This document shows positions 32,008-40,058 of a stretch of DNA of 40,058 bases, one piece after another. Each line of letters begins with the position of its first letter. Within the stretch, counting starts at the first letter, position 1. This DNA is from Planctomycetota bacterium. GTDB lineage: Bacteria > Planctomycetota > UBA8108 > UBA1146. The translations under genes and the position numbers were made by a program. The DNA is taken from positions 1-40,058 of the forward strand of contig DQQH01000181.1 of assembly GCA_015664425.1 (NCBI GenBank), read 5' to 3'. The notes beneath the pieces were generated by a model that worked only from the letters and a program-made list of their open reading frames with translations, was not told the origin of the DNA and did not search any database.

Positions 32008-32805
32008 TCACTTCGAGACGGCAGGTCCGCCCCGCCGCGTCTCGATCGCCCTATCGATGATCCCGAGGAAATCCCCGGCGACCAGGCTCGATCCCCCGAC
32101 AAGGGCACCATCGATATCCGGTTCAGCGAGAAGCCCTGAGGCGTTTCCAGGATTCACGCTTCCTCCGTAGAGGATGGCGGTACGATCCGCCCGCTGAACG
32201 CCAAATTGTCTCGCCAGCGAGGAACGGATGGCACGGTGGACCTCCGCTGCCTGCTGTGGTGTCGCGCTTCGTCCGGTCCCGATGGCCCAGACAGGCTCGT
32301 AAGCGACCACGATTTCATCATCTGCGCTCACACTTTCAAGGCCTGCGGACAACTGCCGCTCGATGACATCGAAAGTCTCGTGGGCATCCCTCTCAGCTTC
32401 CGTCTCTCCGACGCACAGGCAGGGCCGAACTCCCGCCGCCACCACTCTACCGACGCGAACTCCAACGCTGATATCGGTTTCGCAATAGCGCTGCCGGCGT
32501 TCTGAATGGCCGACCAGAATCATCTTCACGCCAAAATCAGCCAGGACAGGAACCCCTACTTCTCCAGTGAAGGCCCCCCAACCTTCAGGCGAGCAATGTT
32601 GGGCACCGATTGCGATCGGTGGCGAAACCCCTCGCACGAGCCACTCCCCCAGGTAGGGCAGCGGCGGAATCAGGAACACTTCGAGGGACTCCGGCCAGAA
32701 CTCCCTGGCGGAGAGACCTTCGGCCACCTCTTCGAGGAGGCGGTTCCCATCGATACGCGGAGGGTTCAACTTCCAGTTCCCCGCGATGATGGTCGGTCGG
32801 CTCAC
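32008..32805 (-). CDS. tpiA: triosephosphate isomerase
   Basis: IIAGNWKLN, VGHSERR, YEPVWAIGTG and YGGSV motifs are present. I prefer GTG 32805, preceded by GAGGAG at 4-nt spacing, over the track start at 32910, which adds 35 non-conserved residues. Confidence 0.9.
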   Translation of the reverse strand: MSRPTIIAGNWKLNPPRIDGNRLLEEVAEGLSAREFWPESLEVFLIPPLPYLGEWLVRGVSPPIAIGAQHCSPEGWGAFTGEVGVPVLADFGVKMILVGHSERRQRYCETDISVGVRVGRVVAAGVRPCLCVGETEAERDAHETFDVIERQLSAGLESVSADDEIVVAYEPVWAIGTGRSATPQQAAEVHRAIRSSLARQFGVQRADRTAILYGGSVNPGNASGLLAEPDIDGALVGGSSLVAGDFLGIIDRAIETRRGGPAVSK

Positions 32806-33136
32806 GCGCCTCCTCGGCCAGAACCCGGGCCGCGCCCGGGAAACAGCATCTCCATTCCCGGGAGCAACGCTCTTCGGGCAACCACCGTCACCGGAGCCAA
32901 ACTCCAGCAACCAGGCAATTTAGCCCTGCTCGTACCGGGGATCAAGTGTTCCCGAAGAGGGACCTGGGGAGATCCTGGAAGGGAGGGAGAAATGGGGCTC
33001 ATTTCCCCTATCCCGGACGATTTGGCTGCAGGCAGCCGGTTCCCCTGCGTGGGATCCCACCCCCCTCAGGAGGGGCTGCCACCTCCCTTCCCGCCAGGTC
33101 CACGTTACACTCCCGGGCCAGGAACAGGAGCCCGAA

Positions 33137-33979
33137 GTGGATTCAGGCAAGAACAGGCCACCTTTCACCTTCGAGCGAGGGGGAAGACAGATCATCGGGG
33201 TTGTACACCTCCTTCCCCTCCCCGGAAGCCCCCGAGGGCGGCCCCTTCCCGAGATCCTCGGACGCTGCACCAGAGATGCGAGCGCCCTGATCGAGGGAGG
33301 TGTCGACGCCATCATCGTCGAGAATTTCGGCGATGTCCCCTTCCTGCCAGGAAGAGTCGCACCAGAGACGGTCGCGGCGATGTCGCTGGCGGTCGCCAAC
33401 GTTATCGAGAGAGTTTCCCACACTCGCTGTGGCGTCGGCGTCAACGTCCTGCGCAACGATGCCGATTCCGCCCTGGCGATCGCCTCGGTCACCGGCGCTC
33501 AATTCATCCGCGTGAATGTGCACACCTCTGCGATGCTCACCGATCAGGGCTGGATCGAGGGGCGGGCAGCAGAGACCCTGCGCCGCCGTGCCAGCCTCGG
33601 CCATTGCGGTGCAGCTGGCTCGGCAGGCAAGATCGAGATCGCCGCTGATATCGCGGTCAAGCATGCACTTGCTCCGGCTGGCTTCAACCTCTGCGAAGCC
33701 GCCCGGGACGCCACCGCCAGAGGTCTTGCCGATGCAGTGATCGTCACCGGCGTTGCCACCGGGGCTCCCCCCGCCGAGGACGATCTGAGAGCTGTCCGTG
33801 AAGCGGTCCCCGACGCCATCTTGATCGCCGGCAGCGGAACGACGAGGGACTCGGTGGGACAGATACTGGATATCGCCGATGCGACGATCGTCGGAAGCTG
33901 GCTGAAGGTTGATGGCGATGTCGAAAAGGAGATCGACCTTGAACGGGTCCGGGCTCTCGTCTGTGAGGCCCGCGGCTAG
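33137..33979 (+). CDS. BtpA/SgcQ-family TIM-barrel protein
   Basis: IIGVVHLLPLPGSPR and GVDAIIVENFGDVPF match the BtpA family signature. The GTG start is preceded by AGGAG. Confidence 0.75.
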   Translation: MDSGKNRPPFTFERGGRQIIGVVHLLPLPGSPRGRPLPEILGRCTRDASALIEGGVDAIIVENFGDVPFLPGRVAPETVAAMSLAVANVIERVSHTRCGVGVNVLRNDADSALAIASVTGAQFIRVNVHTSAMLTDQGWIEGRAAETLRRRASLGHCGAAGSAGKIEIAADIAVKHALAPAGFNLCEAARDATARGLADAVIVTGVATGAPPAEDDLRAVREAVPDAILIAGSGTTRDSVGQILDIADATIVGSWLKVDGDVEKEIDLERVRALVCEARG

Positions 33980-34326
33980 ACCTGCTCCAATTCCATGTTG
34001 GTACTCTCGACACAGGCCCCCATGGCGAGGAACTGTAGCGCCACCTGACGGACCAGTTCCTTGACCCCCCTCGTGCGAGCTACATGCCCGTGGCTTTCGC
34101 ACCGGATGGTGACCCTGTTTCCCTTCTCCTCGCAGAGGACATGGAAGATGACTGGCGGCCCGACCTCGATCACCAGGCACTGGACCTGAACGACTTTCCG
34201 ATCCTGACGGAGGAACGCCGATCTACCTTCGGTGATTGTTCCACGCTCATCATGAGACTTGAAGGGGCGGAACTGGCGCCAGAACTCCTCAAGGGGAGGG
34301 GCATCGGTGAAGGTGGCATGGGGCAA
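33976..34326 (-). CDS. hypothetical small protein (116 aa)
   Basis: The composition is balanced and non-repetitive, with predicted beta-beta-alpha character (KVVQVQCLVIEVG, VIFHVLCEEKGNRVTIRCES, GVKELVRQVALQFLAMG). I recognise no family. Its stop overlaps the btpA-like stop by 4 nt (convergent). Confidence 0.45.
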   Translation of the reverse strand: MPHATFTDAPPLEEFWRQFRPFKSHDERGTITEGRSAFLRQDRKVVQVQCLVIEVGPPVIFHVLCEEKGNRVTIRCESHGHVARTRGVKELVRQVALQFLAMGACVESTNMELEQV

Positions 34327-34384
34327 GGAGACACATCTTTCAGTCCCGGGAGTTGATTACTCTGCCCGAACCAGGTCCGGTTGC

Positions 34385-34400
34385 TGGCACAGGTGGTGCC
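34385..34400 (+). promoter_or_regulatory. candidate sigma-54 (-24/-12) promoter
   Basis: TGGCAC-AGGTG-GTGCC has correct GG-to-GC spacing and matches 9 of 12 specified consensus positions. It lies ~55 nt upstream of the ATG at 34455. Confidence 0.25.
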
Positions 34401-34454
34401 GATTATCGTGTCCAAGGTGGTGTCCGCGCAAGCACGAGAAGAGAGGGGCTCCAG

Positions 34455-34979
34455 ATGAACCGGGACCTGCGCATCGGCAACCGGTTCTGTCGGGTCGACG
34501 GCTGGTTCCACGCTGACAATGCAGTTATCGTCGGAGACGTGTCGATCGGCAGCCAGTCGAGCATCTGGTACGGGTCGGTTCTTCGAGGAGATGACGCCCC
34601 AATCCGGATAGGCGAGCGGGTGAACATCCAGGACCTGTCGATGGTTCACCCCGATCCCGGTATTCCTCTGGAAATCGGCGACGATGTCACCGTCGGCCAC
34701 CATGCGATCATCCACTGCAAGGAGATCGGTTCATGCTCGTTGATCGGGATGGGTGCAGTTCTTCTCGAGGGTGTCCGGGTCGGGAGCCGGTGTCTGATCG
34801 CGGCAGGAGCAGTCGTTGCACCTGGCAGCGAGATCCCTGACGGTGTGCTCGTTCGAGGGGTCCCCGGGAGAATCGTGAGGGAGATCTCCTCCGCCGAGGA
34901 GAGTGCTATTCTCCGCTCCGCCTCGAAGTACGCCAATAATGCTGAGTTTTTCTTCAGCCAACACGGCGAGATTCTCTGA
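34455..34979 (+). CDS. gamma-carbonic-anhydrase-family / hexapeptide-repeat (LbH) protein (YrdA/PaaY-like)
   Basis: IWYGSVLRGDDAPIRIGERVNIQDLSMVH, VTVGHHAIIH, LIGMGAVLLEGVRVG and LIAAGAVVAPG are left-handed beta-helix repeats with the family His residues. ATG 34455 gives the normal ~174 aa. The track start at 34353 adds a Gly/Arg-rich extension. Confidence 0.85.
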   Translation: MNRDLRIGNRFCRVDGWFHADNAVIVGDVSIGSQSSIWYGSVLRGDDAPIRIGERVNIQDLSMVHPDPGIPLEIGDDVTVGHHAIIHCKEIGSCSLIGMGAVLLEGVRVGSRCLIAAGAVVAPGSEIPDGVLVRGVPGRIVREISSAEESAILRSASKYANNAEFFFSQHGEIL

Positions 34980-34989
34980 AAGAGGAAGC

Positions 34990-35718
34990 ATGTCCGCGAA
35001 GGGTTGGATCCTGGGAATCGAGACGAGCCAGCCGACAGGATCGGTGGCCCTCGGCCGTGTCGGTGGGGATCAGGAAGTGGATTTCGAACCCTTCCCCATC
35101 GGTCTTGTCCACGGCAGGGAAATCCTGCCGAGGATCGATACCCTCTTCAGTAGGCACCCTGGTGCGCGGGAAGAACTTGCGCTGATTGCCGTTAGCGCCG
35201 GTCCCGGTTCCTTCACCGGAGTTCGGATCGGGGTCGCCGCTGCCAAGGCGATCGCCTGGGCGTGCAAGGTGCCCTCTCTCTCCGTCTCATCTCTCGAGAT
35301 CATTGCCGACAACGCCGTTGGAAACGGGGATTGGCGAGTCCTTCTCGATGTTCGTCGCGGTCGTTGCGCAACGGCCACTTTCCGGATCGAAGGGGATGAT
35401 CGCCAACGACTGACCGATGATGCGATTCTTTCCTGGGATGAAATGCTCGGCCAGGTGACCTCCAGAGAGCAATTGATCGGGAGCGGTTGCCGGACCATCC
35501 CTGGCGTCGAGAATCACCCCAGAGGAGACAAGTCGTGGGACGACCCGAAAGCCGCCGCGGTGGTGAAAATCGCTCGCCGACGGCTGCTCCTGATCGAAAC
35601 CGGGGCTGAAGAACCTCCCAGGGGTTTCACATCTCCTCACGACCTGAATCCCTCCTACCTGGAGATGAGCAGCGCGGAAGAAGTTCAGGCCCGTGCTGCC
35701 GGAACCGGTGACCGATGA
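34990..35718 (+). CDS. tsaB: tRNA threonylcarbamoyladenosine (t6A) biosynthesis protein TsaB
   Basis: ILGIETSQPTGSVAL and IAVSAGPGSFTGVRIGVAAAKAIAWA are the TsaB/YeaZ hallmark. The ATG at 34990 is preceded by AGAGGAAG. Confidence 0.8.
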   Translation: MSAKGWILGIETSQPTGSVALGRVGGDQEVDFEPFPIGLVHGREILPRIDTLFSRHPGAREELALIAVSAGPGSFTGVRIGVAAAKAIAWACKVPSLSVSSLEIIADNAVGNGDWRVLLDVRRGRCATATFRIEGDDRQRLTDDAILSWDEMLGQVTSREQLIGSGCRTIPGVENHPRGDKSWDDPKAAAVVKIARRRLLLIETGAEEPPRGFTSPHDLNPSYLEMSSAEEVQARAAGTGDR

Positions 35719-36884
35719 ACTCTCCGCGCGTCTGGGCCGAAATCAACCTCGATAGACTGTCCAGGAATCTCGCCTGGGTTCGTTCTCTGCTGCCATCAAC
35801 CTGCAAACTTCTGGCAGTTGTGAAGGCCGATGCTTACGGGCACGGATCGGCGATGATCTCCAGGGCTCTGGGTGCTTTGGGGATCGACATGCTGGGGGTG
35901 GGGAATGCTGATGAGGGCATCGCCCTTCGCCTCGAGGGCGTCGAGGTACCGATCCTGGTTCTCGGTGGCGTGACCGACGGCGAGATCGATGAACTCATCG
36001 CTCATGGGATCACACCGACCGTTCACTCTCCTGAACGGATCGAACTCTTCGAGGAGTCGGCAAGAAAACAGAACACCAGAGTGGGGGTCCACCTGCTTGT
36101 CGACACCGGGATGGGTCGCCTCGGAGTGTCGGTGGAGAGTGTTACCCGCCATGCACAAGCGATCGCCCGGTCGCCAGATCTGGTGCTCGATGGGGTAGGC
36201 ACGCACCTCGCCACACCATGCGAACCGGGAGCCGCGGTGCTGCAACTGGCCGCGTTCGATCGGGCTCTCTCCAGTCTCGTGCGGGAGGGACTGCTTCCTC
36301 CTGTGGTCCATGTCGTCAGTTCCAGGGGCCTCCTGCGCTTCCCGGAGCGCTGCCACGACATGGTCAGGATCGGTGGCCTCCTCTACGGGCTCATCGACCA
36401 GGGCGGAGTGGAGGCCACCTCCCCTGAACCAGTGCTGGCGCTGAGAACCCAGGTGATCTACCTCAGGGATCTGCCGGCAGGGACTCCTGTCGGCTACGAC
36501 GGAAGCTATCAGACTCCACGACCGACACGCCTCGCCACTCTCCCTGTCGGCTACCACGATGGGTACACCCATTGTTTCTCGAACAGCGGGGAAGTTCTCG
36601 TCCGAGGCAGGAGGGCACCGGTGAGAGGGCGGGTTACGATGGATTACCTTTCCGTCGATGTCACCGACATCCCCGGTGTGAGGGTTGGGGACACCACAAC
36701 CCTTCTGGGCAAAGATGGCCCCGATGAGATCTTCGCCTCCGACCTGGCTCGCTGGTCTGGAGGAGTGCTCTACGAATTCCCGAGCCTGCTGGGACGGCGT
36801 GTCCTGAGGCGTTATTCTGGATTCGAGACGACCGCCAGTTGCATCGAAAGAGGATCCGCTCCAATGGAGAAACAACACCCTTGA
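35715..36884 (+). CDS. alr: alanine racemase
   Basis: The PLP-lysine motif is AVVKADAYGHG. The N-terminus WAEINLDRLSRNL, the C-terminal beta domain (VGYDGSY, LPVGYHDGY, GRVTMDY) and an ATGA overlap with tsaB are present. Confidence 0.9.
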   Translation: MNSPRVWAEINLDRLSRNLAWVRSLLPSTCKLLAVVKADAYGHGSAMISRALGALGIDMLGVGNADEGIALRLEGVEVPILVLGGVTDGEIDELIAHGITPTVHSPERIELFEESARKQNTRVGVHLLVDTGMGRLGVSVESVTRHAQAIARSPDLVLDGVGTHLATPCEPGAAVLQLAAFDRALSSLVREGLLPPVVHVVSSRGLLRFPERCHDMVRIGGLLYGLIDQGGVEATSPEPVLALRTQVIYLRDLPAGTPVGYDGSYQTPRPTRLATLPVGYHDGYTHCFSNSGEVLVRGRRAPVRGRVTMDYLSVDVTDIPGVRVGDTTTLLGKDGPDEIFASDLARWSGGVLYEFPSLLGRRVLRRYSGFETTASCIERGSAPMEKQHP

Positions 36885-36940
36885 CCAGCAAAGATGCCAG
36901 ATCCCACCCAACTCCCGACAGTTCTCTCCGCAGGGGAGTT

Positions 36941-39900
36941 GTGCAGTTTCCTCGACGCATCCCCAAGGCAACGGGGGCGAGGCGCCGCAACCGCCGGAGA
37001 AAATTTATCCTCGTCGGAATGGTGCTCCCCTTGCTTCTCTTCTCGGCGCTTGCCATCGTCGGCTCCTACGTATTGAGTCCCGAGCAGTTGCGGTTGAGAG
37101 CGACGGCTCTCCTCCAGGAGCGACTCCAGGTCGAGTTTCACCTCGACCCAGTGAAATACTCATTCCCCAGCACCGTGATCTTCGAAGGCATCAAGATCTC
37201 TGCTCCGGCGGGTAGCCGCTTCACCCAGCTAGTGGATGTTCCTCTAATTCGGCTCGATTTCGCGGTCCTTCCGCTGCTTCTTGGACGCACGGTTCTCAAA
37301 AAGGTCGAGATCGACGGAGCTCGGGTCTACCTCGAACGGGATGACCTCGGCGACCTGACCTTGTTGAAGGTTCTACGAGAGGCGACGATTCCCGCTTCGG
37401 GGCCGATGCCGGAACCACAACCGGAAGTGATCAGCACTCCTGCCCTGCTCAACCCCCCAGAGGTGATTATCACGAACCTGAGCGTCGAGACCTGTCCCGA
37501 GACAGTATTCAAGAGCACAAGTGCGCTCGATGTACCCTCCGTTCGGCTCGAGTTCTCGAAGGAGGATCCGAGGAGTTACCAGGTCTCCGGGCTGGCCTTC
37601 GACCCTGCTGTCGAAGCGATCCACCTCCGTGGCAGCGGCAAGATCTCGACGGGGGATTTCCAGCTGGAATTGACCGTCGACCGATTGAAACTCGACGAAC
37701 AGCTGAGGGAGAGGCTCCCTCAGACCCTCGCGGTCGTCTGGGACAGGTACCTGCCGACCGGCACGGCGACGTTCCGTCACCAACTGATCCTCGAGGATTC
37801 CCAGTTGCTGAGGAATGCGATCACACTCGAGTTGATGGAAGGGTCGATTCAACTCCCCCAACCAAAAGTCGAGATCCGCGGGATCCGGGGAAAGGTCGAT
37901 CTCACCCCCGAACGCCTGCGGATTGTCGAACCCCTGACGGGAATCGCCTGGGGGGGCAAGGCGTCGCTCGAGGGAGAAATCGATGTCGTCGGGCTCCTTC
38001 CCGGGGCAGGAGATCTGCGGCTGCGGATCGAAGGAGTTCGATTCGAACCCGAAGTGAGAGCAGCCCTTCCCGAAAAGTTCCAGGCGGTCTGGGATCTCTT
38101 CTCTCCCTCCGGAAAATTCGACGCATTCTTCCGTGTCCAGGGAGAGGAGTTTCCTCCTCAAATCCAGGACATCCGGCTCCAACTCCACGAGGTAGACCTC
38201 GTATACGCCGGTTATCCCTATCCACTTCGCAACGCCGAGGGTTACCTGCGCTACCAGAAAGAACGGGTGGAGATCCGGGTCGAAGGAGGTTCGAAGAAAA
38301 ACCCCAGCAGGGTCGAAGGTTTTTTCGACACCGTTGCGAAGGGGCCGATGCAGATCCGGATCGAATCCGACAACCTGCCTCTCGATGATCGTGCGCGAAC
38401 TGCCCTCGGCACCAGGTTCACTCCGATTTGGGACCAGTACCGCCCGAGCGGGAAAGCCGATCTGCGCATCGATCTCCGCCGCACTGACCAGGGAGCCCCA
38501 CTGGCTGTCGAGGTCCTGATCGAAGGACGTGGAGCCGCGATCAGTCACCGTGATTTCCCTTACCAGGTAGAGGGAATCACGGGGCGCGTTCACATCGACA
38601 ACGAGAGGGTCACTTTCGAGAATCTTGCAGGCTCACATGACGGTGTTCCTGTCGCTATCGAGAATGGTGAGGTGCGCTTCGCACCATCCGAAGCCAAGCG
38701 GATCGAGGTTCCGATCCGCTCCCATGCACTCAGAATCGATGAGGATCTTCTCAACATCCTCTCAGACCCTGTCGCTAGTAAGTTGCGCTCCCTCGGACTT
38801 CTGGAAGCAACAGGATCGCTCGAGGCTCTTGTCGAAATGCGCAAGGAACCAGAGACCGATTTCGAGGTCTTCGTCAGGGCAGACATCAAGGAGCCGATGC
38901 TTCTCTCCTACGAAAAACTACCCTACCCGCTCCTCTTCAGCTCTGGCTCCTGCCTCTACTCCAGTTCAGAAGGAAGGATCCGCCTCGACCGCCTGAAAAC
39001 AGCAGAGGATTCGACCCCTGGATTCGAGGTCAATGCTGAGTTTGGCCCCGATGACACCCCGCGCCCAGCAGCCACGGGATTGCCCGAGGAACGCACTCTC
39101 TTCTCGGCGGAGATCCTGATCACTCCTGGACCGGAGGGACGCGGGCTCGACCTCGCAGACCCACTCCTCATCGATAGTCTTCCGGCAGATCCCAGAAACT
39201 TTCTCAAGGGGATGCGCCTCACCGGCGATGTGAGTGCCCAGATAGAGATCGAGTATCTCTTCGGAGAAAAACTCGGCAGCGAGAAACCTTATCAGCACGT
39301 CGAATACGATGTCGAGGCCACTCTTCACAACGGCGGGTTCGATATCTCATTGAGTACCCGAAACCTCAACGCTCACCTCACCATGCACGGGAAGCAAGGT
39401 TCGGACCTGCCACACTCCTTTTCCGGGGAATTGCGTGGAGTCGAATTTCGCTTCGGGCGGTTTCATCTAACAACAGCCGAAGAAGCACCCCTGACCTTCT
39501 GCTACGGCAAGAGACACCCGTTGATCGAGCAGGCGAAGCTCATCCGGACCTACGACAACAACGAGATTCCGGGGAGCCCCTCCTACCTTCCTTCAGACCG
39601 CCTCGTCGCTCGCTGTGCAGAGAGCAACGTGGGAAAACTGTTCCAGGCTTCACTGGGACCATCGTCTCTCTATGGTGGTCGCGTCGATGGGTTCTTCTTC
39701 GCTGACCTCGCTGATTCCGGAGTCTTTGCCGGTGAGGCAACGGTGTCCGGAGTCGACATCCGCAAGGGTTCGGCTGACATTTTCGGTGTCACAGGAAGCG
39801 CAGGGATTGCTCAGGGAGAGATTTTCATCGGCGGTGAGACTCACAATCCGAAATCTCTCAGCGGTGGCGGGGGATTTCGAGTGAGAAACGGCAACTTCAC

Positions 39901-40058
39901 CAAGATTCCGATGATTGCGGCAATCATCCTGAATCCCCTCAAGGGTTTCAACCACCACAACAACCGGATCAAGGAAGTGGATTGTAACTTCAGGGTAGAG
40001 GGTCAGAGTTTTACTGTTCCCGACTGGGAAGATCTGGTCCTGATGAGTCCCAGCCTCC
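36941..40058 (+). CDS. AsmA/TamB-like large envelope protein, N-terminally membrane-anchored, 3'-truncated by the window edge
   Basis: This ORF is not in the supplied track. The frame with codon starts congruent to 2 mod 3 has no stop codon from ~36881 to base 40058. Translation begins ..RRRNRRRKFILVGMVLPLLLFSALAIVGSYVLSPEQLRLRATALLQERLQVEFHLD...LLGRTVLKKVEIDGARVYLERDDLGDL. That is a basic stretch, a TM anchor, then the AsmA-type N-terminal pattern. More than 1000 aa of beta-rich sequence follow. The start may be GTG 36941, TTG 36881 or ATG 37019. Confidence 0.7.
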   Translation, partial: MQFPRRIPKATGARRRNRRRKFILVGMVLPLLLFSALAIVGSYVLSPEQLRLRATALLQERLQVEFHLDPVKYSFPSTVIFEGIKISAPAGSRFTQLVDVPLIRLDFAVLPLLLGRTVLKKVEIDGARVYLERDDLGDLTLLKVLREATIPASGPMPEPQPEVISTPALLNPPEVIITNLSVETCPETVFKSTSALDVPSVRLEFSKEDPRSYQVSGLAFDPAVEAIHLRGSGKISTGDFQLELTVDRLKLDEQLRERLPQTLAVVWDRYLPTGTATFRHQLILEDSQLLRNAITLELMEGSIQLPQPKVEIRGIRGKVDLTPERLRIVEPLTGIAWGGKASLEGEIDVVGLLPGAGDLRLRIEGVRFEPEVRAALPEKFQAVWDLFSPSGKFDAFFRVQGEEFPPQIQDIRLQLHEVDLVYAGYPYPLRNAEGYLRYQKERVEIRVEGGSKKNPSRVEGFFDTVAKGPMQIRIESDNLPLDDRARTALGTRFTPIWDQYRPSGKADLRIDLRRTDQGAPLAVEVLIEGRGAAISHRDFPYQVEGITGRVHIDNERVTFENLAGSHDGVPVAIENGEVRFAPSEAKRIEVPIRSHALRIDEDLLNILSDPVASKLRSLGLLEATGSLEALVEMRKEPETDFEVFVRADIKEPMLLSYEKLPYPLLFSSGSCLYSSSEGRIRLDRLKTAEDSTPGFEVNAEFGPDDTPRPAATGLPEERTLFSAEILITPGPEGRGLDLADPLLIDSLPADPRNFLKGMRLTGDVSAQIEIEYLFGEKLGSEKPYQHVEYDVEATLHNGGFDISLSTRNLNAHLTMHGKQGSDLPHSFSGELRGVEFRFGRFHLTTAEEAPLTFCYGKRHPLIEQAKLIRTYDNNEIPGSPSYLPSDRLVARCAESNVGKLFQASLGPSSLYGGRVDGFFFADLADSGVFAGEATVSGVDIRKGSADIFGVTGSAGIAQGEIFIGGETHNPKSLSGGGGFRVRNGNFTKIPMIAAIILNPLKGFNHHNNRIKEVDCNFRVEGQSFTVPDWEDLVLMSPSL

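Noticed and set aside
31264-32139. 291-aa plus-strand Ser/Pro-rich ORF
   Set aside because: It is antisense to secG and the 3' end of tpiA. It is a low-complexity mirror of the acidic SecG tail.
32506-34180. Two long ORFs: 380 aa on the plus strand (32506..33648) and 345 aa on the minus strand (33143..34180)
   Set aside because: They overlap tpiA and the btpA-like gene in alternative or antisense frames. Their composition is extremely rich in Arg, Pro and Gly. The tpiA and BtpA frames carry unmistakable family motifs.
35796-36971. 391-aa minus-strand ORF
   Set aside because: It is antisense to the clearly recognisable alanine racemase gene. It has an Arg/Pro/Gly/His-rich composition and no family features.
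37373-38593. 406-aa minus-strand ORF, the longest ORF listed in the last 3 kb
   Set aside because: It lies entirely antisense to the stop-free plus-strand AsmA-like frame. Its translation is Pro/Arg/Gly/Leu-rich with no recognisable motif. It is a typical shadow ORF of a GC-rich gene.
1-40058. CRISPR arrays, transposases/integrases, prophage genes, toxin-antitoxin pairs, and rRNA/tRNA genes
   Set aside because: I saw no direct-repeat/spacer periodicity, no recombinase-like ORFs and no tRNA-like T-loop/acceptor structures outside coding sequence. The window reads as compact core chromosome.

Overview
GC-rich, very densely coding chromosomal segment with about 36 protein genes. I recognise no rRNA, tRNA, CRISPR array, transposase or integrase. 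Most genes are housekeeping. They include two LptF/LptG-type permeases, an ECF sigma factor, and a reverse-transsulfuration pair (cystathionine beta-synthase plus gamma-lyase). Also present are nagB, selB, rluB, rpoN, pgsA-pgpA, rimO and gamma-CA/tsaB/alr. One long, tightly packed minus-strand string runs tpiA-secG-yicC-gmk-rpoZ-coaC-coaB-ftsK. The non-housekeeping genes carry domains such as a GspG-type pseudopilin domain, dockerin, FG-GAP and DxDGDG propeller repeats, an RsbU-like sensor phosphatase and an AsmA-like giant protein. These suggest a Planctomycetota/PVC-type organism; this is inference and cannot be verified here. I see no defence island or mobile element, so the window looks like core genome. 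The items most worth a second look are listed here. (1) A secreted PHP-family metallohydrolase ends in a pseudopilin (T2SS-G) globular domain that has no pilin N-terminus. (2) An RsbU-like phosphatase and a STAS protein lacking the phosphorylatable Ser lie directly upstream of rpoN, with no partner kinase nearby. (3) An unusually long (~0.5 kb) hairpin-rich non-coding spacer lies in front of rpoN. (4) Three sigma-54-type -24/-12 motifs sit in intergenic regions. (5) A >1000-aa AsmA-like ORF runs off the 3' window edge. It is missing from the supplied ORF track, which shows its 406-aa antisense shadow instead. Many long ORFs in the track are antisense shadow ORFs typical of GC-rich DNA and were rejected.
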